NCBI GenBank assembly: GCA_951406725.2
Contig: OX597824.1
Location: forward strand, 38,750,001-38,814,000
Direction: 5' to 3'
From: Octopus vulgaris
Taxonomy: Eukaryota
DNA length: 64,000 bases
Shown here one piece after another: positions 58,130-64,000 of this stretch. A program made the translations under genes and the position numbers. The number at the start of each line of letters is the position of its first letter. Within the stretch, counting starts at the first letter, position 1. The notes below the pieces were generated by a model. That model was not told the origin of the DNA. It ran no database searches and worked only from the letters and a program-made list of their open reading frames with translations.

Positions 58130-58676
58130 ATATTTTGACAAATTAAATTTAAATGTTGAAGTGAATCTAACGGATTTTGTATGTTTCTTAAATGGCTTAT
58201 AAACACCTTTCTAAAGCTTCTAGTTATTTTTTCAGGTTGGGTAGTATTGAACCCAATGCTCCGATGACAAGAGGGACAACCTTTATGTTCGACTCTAGTA
58301 GATGCCACATCTTAGCTCAATTCTCAGTTCACCATATTTATCTATCTTTTCTCTTTCATGATAATATGCTGATCTTCTGGCACTGCCACGTCGATTATTA
58401 GGCACTCTTGTTTGTCCCACCTAAAGCTTACTATATCCGGCCGTAGGTGTTCTAACACCTTGTCTGTCTAGATTTCAATGTCCCAGAGGATTTTTTCGTT
58501 CACTACTTTTACTGGGGTATGTTGGTACCAAGGACCAGTTAACCCATATCCATACTTCCGACATAGTCGCCAGTGAATGTTTTAGGTTACCTTATCATGT
58601 CTGCGATTGTACTCTTTCTGCGCAAGACCTTCAAAGCACTAGCAATGTGAGTCACGCTTTCGACCCTCTTTCCACA

Positions 58677-58680
<4 letters not shown>
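58130..58680 (-). mobile_element. REL-endonuclease LINE 3' fragment (R4/Dong-like)
   Basis: Minus strand: MCGKRVESVTHIAS..LAQKEYNRRHDKV...HWRLCRKYG...ILWDIEI.TDKVLEHLRPDIV...DVAVPED...KMWHL..VVPLVIGALGSI. Confidence 0.8.
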
Positions 58681-58767
<87 letters not shown>

Positions 58768-58811
58768 GTTGTTGTTGTTGTTGATGTTGTTTGTTGTTGT
58801 TGTTGTTGTTG

Positions 58812-58868
<57 letters not shown>

Positions 58869-58870
<2 letters not shown>

Positions 58871-59018
58871 TCATGTCACTGCTTGGAATCGAACTCGGAA
58901 TCTTGGGGTTAGTAGCCCGCGCTCTTAACCACTACGCCATATGCCCGTGTTTAAGAGCGTATTGGTTAAGAACGCGGGTTACTAATCCCAAGATTCCGAG
59001 TTCGATTCCAAGCAGTGA

Positions 59019-59088
<70 letters not shown>

Positions 59089-59270
59089 CGAAAAATACCT
59101 TAGGAATGAGAACCCAGTTTCGAAGTTTTCCCAAGACACCTGATGAAGGCTGGAGGGTATATCGGCCGAAATGTTGTGTTAACAACAAACAAGATGAGGA
59201 CAAATATCGGTCAAATGTAAATAATGTATATAATGTACATATTTCCTCATCTCTTAAATATAGAACTGTA
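58869..59270 (+). mobile_element. Short element with an inverted-duplicated tRNA-like head, a (TAA)n spacer and a hammerhead-ribozyme tail
   Basis: 58869-58937 is the reverse complement of 58957-59025. The head has A-box TGGCGTAGTGG (minus copy) and B-box GTTCGATTC. The tail contains GACAC-CTGATGA-A-GGCTGG...TCGGCC-GAAA-TGTT-GTGTT. Confidence 0.7.
59135..59180 (+). ncRNA. Minimal type I hammerhead ribozyme motif (this copy has GAAAT rather than GAAAC)
   Basis: Stem I GACAC/GTGTT, core CTGATGA at 59140-59146, stem II GGCTG/CGGCC, GAAA at 59168-59171, then TGTT (ACGT palindromic stem III if the C is restored). Confidence 0.65.
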
Positions 59271-59293
59271 TTATTATTATTATTATGATGATG

Positions 59294-59353
<60 letters not shown>

Positions 59354-59364
59354 ATCATCATTAT

Positions 59365-60070
59365 TTTAATCTGCATGTTTGAGGCATTCACTTGTCAAGA
59401 CACACCCTAGGGCAAGTGAAGATTTAGAGATGTTGAGATACAACTGAAAGCTTGGGAAAGCAAAGTGGGGCGGGCAGTACAGAAATTCATTTACATATTA
59501 CAAAAACATTTAAATTGATAGTTTTTCAAAGAATGTGGGCAGTATTTGTCAGCATAGTCTTTTGTATTTCTTTGAGATATGGTTCTCTTGGGATACTGTC
59601 TAGATGTTTCTGACATCCCATTTTTTTAATCATACCTTGGGTACCAACAATATTAGGAACATTTTTGCTTTAAGATTCCACATTTTTTTTGTATTTCGAT
59701 TTTCAGGTCCTTATATTTATTAAGCTCGTCAAATTCATTTACCAATATATTTTTATCCGTGGGAACACTTACAACTATTAGTTTACAAATATTTTCTAAC
59801 CTGTCTTTAATAATTATTCCTGGTCGATTAGCCTGGATTGTTCTAGCAGTGTTGACTGGACAACCCCAGAGGATGATGACATCTTTACCTTCAACCACTG
59901 ACACAGGATGTTTTATACAAGTTAGCAACAGTGTCGATTTTGTAGTGCTTACATATCTTCCAATGTCAATACTGTCCAACTCTATCGTGGCGACTATTAT
60001 ATTCGTATGGTGTTAGCACAGGACATCTCGAAACAAGATGGCCTATTGTTTCATCAAATGTGTTGTAGAA
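59365..60070 (-). mobile_element. REL-endonuclease LINE 3' fragment (R4/Dong-like)
   Basis: Minus strand: DETIGHLVSRCPVL...RHDRVGQY.HWKICKHY...ILWGCPVNTARTIQANRPGIIIKD...VSVPTDKNI...KYKDLKIEI. The 3' end abuts (TAA)n. Confidence 0.8.
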
Positions 60071-60103
60071 TTAATTTTTAATGGTATAATTTACCCATCC
60101 TAG

Positions 60104-60345
60104 GCGGCGATCTGGCAGAATCGTTAGCACGACGGGCGAAATGCTTAGCAGTATTTCGTCTGCCGTTACGTTCTGAGTTCAAATTCCGCCGAGGTCGACT
60201 TGAGGTCGACTTTGCCTTTCATCATTTCGGGGTCGATTAATTAAGTACCAGTTACTCACTGGGGTCGATGTAATCGTCTTAATCCATTTGTCTGTCCTTG
60301 TTTGTCCCCTCTGTGTTTAGTCCCTTGTGTGTAGTAAAGAAATAT
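60104..60345 (+). mobile_element. SINE family A
   Basis: Full copy with a small internal duplication (GAGGTCGACTT twice). Confidence 0.85.
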
Positions 60346-60433
60346 GTATGTACTAAGTATATTAAATGGTTTACAAGCGAATATTGTGTTCCACTTTTGA
60401 GCACTGGATAATTTACCCATCCTAGATACAACA

Positions 60434-60445
60434 TTGTTGTTGTTG

Positions 60446-60519
<74 letters not shown>

Positions 60520-60526
60520 TTTATTA

Positions 60527-60600
<74 letters not shown>
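60434..60600. repeat. (TTA)n tract directly upstream of the Wnt exon acceptor
   Basis: The repeat runs to within 5 nt of the exon start. Confidence 0.95.
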
Positions 60601-60605
60601 TTCAG

Positions 60606-60841
60606 GTTTATCAGTCAGTACCCTCTTCACATGGTTGGCGCACGAATGATGTGCAGCAATATCCCTGGATTGGTGGGGAAACAGAAGAAGCTGTGTCGCA
60701 TCTATCCTGATGTGATGCTTAGCCTGAGGGAAGGAGTTCAAATAGGAGTAAAAGAATGTCAGTTTCAATTACGAAACCAACGTTGGAACTGCAGTACCTT
60801 AGATCGAGATGCATCAGTATTTGGCAAAGCCATGCTTAAAG
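60606..60841 (+). CDS. Wnt2: Internal coding exon (exon 2 equivalent) of a Wnt ligand, most similar to Wnt2
   Basis: Acceptor TTTTCAG ends at 60605 and donor GTAAG starts at 60842. Translation (W)FISQYPLHMVGARMMCSNIPGLVGKQKKLCRIYPDVMLSLREGVQIGVKECQFQLRNQRWNCSTLDRDASVFGKAMLK(G) has the Wnt C..IPGL...Q..LC and ECQ.Q.R..RWNC motifs. The segment RWNCSTLDRD..VFG matches my recollection of Wnt2 (RWNCNTLDRDHSLFG). Phase-2 start and phase-1 end fit conserved Wnt intron positions. The Wnt family call is very confident; the Wnt2 subfamily call is less so. No other exons were found in the window. Confidence 0.88.
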
Positions 60842-63318
60842 GTAAGATGAAAAAAATCATTCTTTAGTTCTTGAATATTTCTCCTCTTTTCGCTCTCTTT
60901 ATCCTCTCTTTTAGTCCGCATTCTGTATTGAGTATCCATCAAGTCCAGTGAATCTTGAAGTACACTTGTTATTGGAGAAATAACCCCATTTTTAAAAATG
61001 GCGGTTCGTGACAAATATTTTTTTTTAAAGTTTACATATTCTAAAGGCAGTGATGAGTAGATTATATAGCACATTCTGTTAAAACAATAACATTTAAGTA
61101 TCAACCTACCTGAGACTGTTCTTGGCACTATCTATTTATAATATAGATATAAATATTTGTTGGTTACATAGTTAGATGATTTCTCCAGTAATGCGTTGAC
61201 GGATATAGAGAGAAGGGAGCAAAAGAGAGATAGGGAGGGATTTAACATAAGACGTGCAAGAGGAGTGGACACACTAGACTTGATGGCTCATATGGCAAAT
61301 ATGCAATAATTATGATTTAACATTTAGCAAATATTTTGGTGCTTGAACAAAATAATGAAATGAATATATATCTGGAAAGAAAAATATTACCTTAAAATAC
61401 AATTAAAAAGAAAACAATAATGTACATATGCGTTCTTAATACGTCCCAAGCGATTCAATGATGAATATGCTAATCGCTGTTGTATTTTGTCTACGGAGAG
61501 AAATTTTTGAATATTTAGTTTCTACATATGTTTCACCGCTACAGTTTTCAAAACAGACAAAATACAATGAATTGTCCCCCGATGATCCATTGCAGTTAGG
61601 CATCGAGATGCTCTTCGTACCACCAATACTGATTTCCAAATAACTGTAATGGTGAAACGTACGTAAGAACCAAATATTCATAATTGTGTTTATATCAATT
61701 TCCACAATGTGTGTGTACGTGTGTGTTTTGTGAGTGTGAGTTATAACAATTTGGTATAAGGGCAACTCTGAACCTCTAATATATGATAATGGGGCTGAAT
61801 GTAATTACTACTGTCATCCTCGAAGCTTTATGACAAACTTTGGTTCACATGTCTGAAATAAAGTTTCTGTCAATTTAATACACCAGAGAAAAGCCTCATT
61901 CGCAGAGGTCTGCTAATAAAATCCAAATGTATAAAATGCATCATAACAGAATATGGTATGTCTGCCAGTAATCTATCCTGTCCATTAACAACTAACAAAT
62001 ACAATAATAATAAATAAATACAAAAAAATCCAATATTAAGCATATGTAATAAAAGATATCTGACAATGGAAATTAGTAGAAATAAACTCCAAACACTTAT
62101 TTCAGGCATTGGACTACGGCCATGTTGGAGCACAGCCCTGAAAGACTCAGTGGCAAAAATTTGATTCCAGAACTTATATTTTAGACCTGTAACTTACACT
62201 ATCGGTCTGTTTTACCGAAATGATATGTTACGGGGATGTAAGCAAGCTAACACAGGTTGTCAAGTAGAGTTATAATTAATATTATTACAAGGTGTTAACT
62301 TAACTGTATAATCAGTCAGAATTACTTTTACTTAGGGTATCAAAATCTAGTTCAGAAAATCTAGATTTCATAATCACTCTCATTCATTTAAGTACAGAAA
62401 TGTAATTCTACGAATCTTAGCAAATACATTTGGGATTTAAAAGATAGGAACATTAACGTTTGATTTAAAGTGGTTCATTATTAGACACGCACCATCGTAC
62501 AATACTGGTAACTTTAAATGTGATCTTTGCTCTGATAAAATGTATTATATAATTATTTCTAAATTAATATAATTGAATTATACTGGTAATTTTTCATTGA
62601 AATGTTCTCACAAATATAGAAAAGCATTTAATGGTTTCAATTCTGCATAACTCATTAATTATAACTGGTTTTTCATATAATATAATAGGTTTAATTTTTC
62701 TAAAAATTGTTTAGTATATTTAGTAGATAGATAACTAGTTGCTGTGTTGTAGAATTCCAGCGTTTCTAACTGTAGTAATGTAGAATGCTTATGCTTAATT
62801 TTTATTCTTTTGTGACGCCAAAAGAAGTTAAATACTAAACTGACTTTTATTAGGATGTTATATATCTTCTTCACGTTCTTTTTGTATGCGATCTTCTACT
62901 TTTTCTTTTTTTTTCTTTTTGTATTCACTTTGAAGTTAACCAATTTTCGATTGCCTTGACAAGGTTGAGTTAATATATTTTCGAATATATTAGTTTCGCT
63001 AGTATTTTCTGTATCTAAATATGCTGACATAACAGAAACGATTGTTGGTATTGTATGGTATAACTACCAATTTAAGTTGTGATTTTCTCCATTCTTATTT
63101 TGTTGTCTTAAACTCCAAATTTCTAAATATTCATCAAAACAAAATTGGGGTTTACTTGCCATTCATGAGGAATTAACATGGATGTTTATTCTGCTTGCAT
63201 TTTTGCAATTGGTATCTAGTTCTCGGATATTCTTAAATAAATGCGTTTAACAGTGATGCTTTATACATAACTGCCTAGATTTTTAAAAGCCTTTTACTTT
63301 ATATATATATATACATAT

Positions 63319-63365
<47 letters not shown>

Positions 63366-63380
63366 CAAACGTACATACAT

Positions 63381-63442
<62 letters not shown>

Positions 63443-63859
63443 GAGGTGTGTTCTGTGTTAAGAACGTATAAGAGTACAAATAGAGCTCGTTCATCATTAG
63501 AATTCCTAAATAGCCGGTAGTATTCTTATGGTATGCTACCAATTCTAGTATAGGTATTCTTCGTGTATGAAAATAAAAAGTAAAAAGTAAAAGAGTCAAA
63601 AGGAAGCGTAAGTACGGTTAGACACCTTTTTAATCATCGCTACAAATGCTTCGATACATGCAGATCCTCACATATACAGGATTTAAAGTTAAGTTTAAAT
63701 TAAGTTATGTCAAGATTTACCTGTACAAGAAGGTCTATGTGTATCTCTTCAGGCGATACTCAGTTGCTGTCTCCGTAAGTAAATTTAGATTTCCAAGCTA
63801 CAACATCCATGGCGGGGAGATTCATATAGATCTTCTTGTATAGGTAAATCGTTACATAA

Positions 63860-64000
63860 TCTATATATATAAAACTGTAGTTGTGTGAGTGTCTGTCCCC
63901 TTCGATTTAGATTCCTAACTACTCCAACATTTTGCGGTGCAGTTTAACCAAATTCGGGTATCTTATAGTCGTGATTCATATCGAGCCCGTCTATGTATTA
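63860..64000 (+). mobile_element. Second copy of the same Helitron, truncated by the window end
   Basis: A|TCTATATATATAAAACTGTAGTTGTGTGAGTGTCTGTCCCC start, nearly identical to 48139 onward. Confidence 0.85.

Noticed and set aside
58229-58401. Apparent exon after TTTTTTCAG|G reading LGSIEPNAPM...RCHIL, superficially like a Wnt exon start
   Set aside because: The opposite strand encodes the REL-LINE C-terminus (KMWHL...VVPLVIGALGSI), so this is antisense LINE sequence.
58876-59018. Functional tRNA gene pair
   Set aside because: No proper acceptor-stem pairing, no oligo-T terminator, and continuity with a repeat tail. These are tRNA-derived heads, as are the other SINE heads.
60842-60867. 3' end of the ORF-track Wnt ORF (KMKKIIL-stop)
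   Set aside because: It is read-through into the intron past the GTAAG donor.

Overview
AT-rich, microsatellite-saturated metazoan DNA. The dense (TA)n/(CA)n/(TATC)n/(CATA)n/(TTA)n tracts and the tRNA-derived SINE families look like an octopus/coleoid genome; this is inferred from repeat content, not tested. Nearly all supplied ORFs are microsatellite artefacts. The only host coding sequence I can support is one 236-nt internal exon of a Wnt gene, most like Wnt2 exon 2 (60606-60841, +), so much of the window is probably upstream or intronic to that gene. The rest is repeats: three abundant tRNA-headed SINE families (some with clear TSDs), decayed REL-endonuclease LINE 3' ends (R4/Dong-like), an L1/Tx1-like fragment, mariner and DD37D/maT remnants, two copies of a non-autonomous Helitron, pogo-like MITE pieces, a foldback element and a 30-bp minisatellite. 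The most interesting signal is a set of short elements with minimal type I hammerhead-ribozyme motifs. The best example joins a palindromically duplicated tRNA-like Pol III head to a hammerhead tail (58869-59270), a candidate Penelope-mobilised SINE/retrozyme hybrid. All calls come from reading by eye; no searches or folding programs were run, and most repeat boundaries are approximate.
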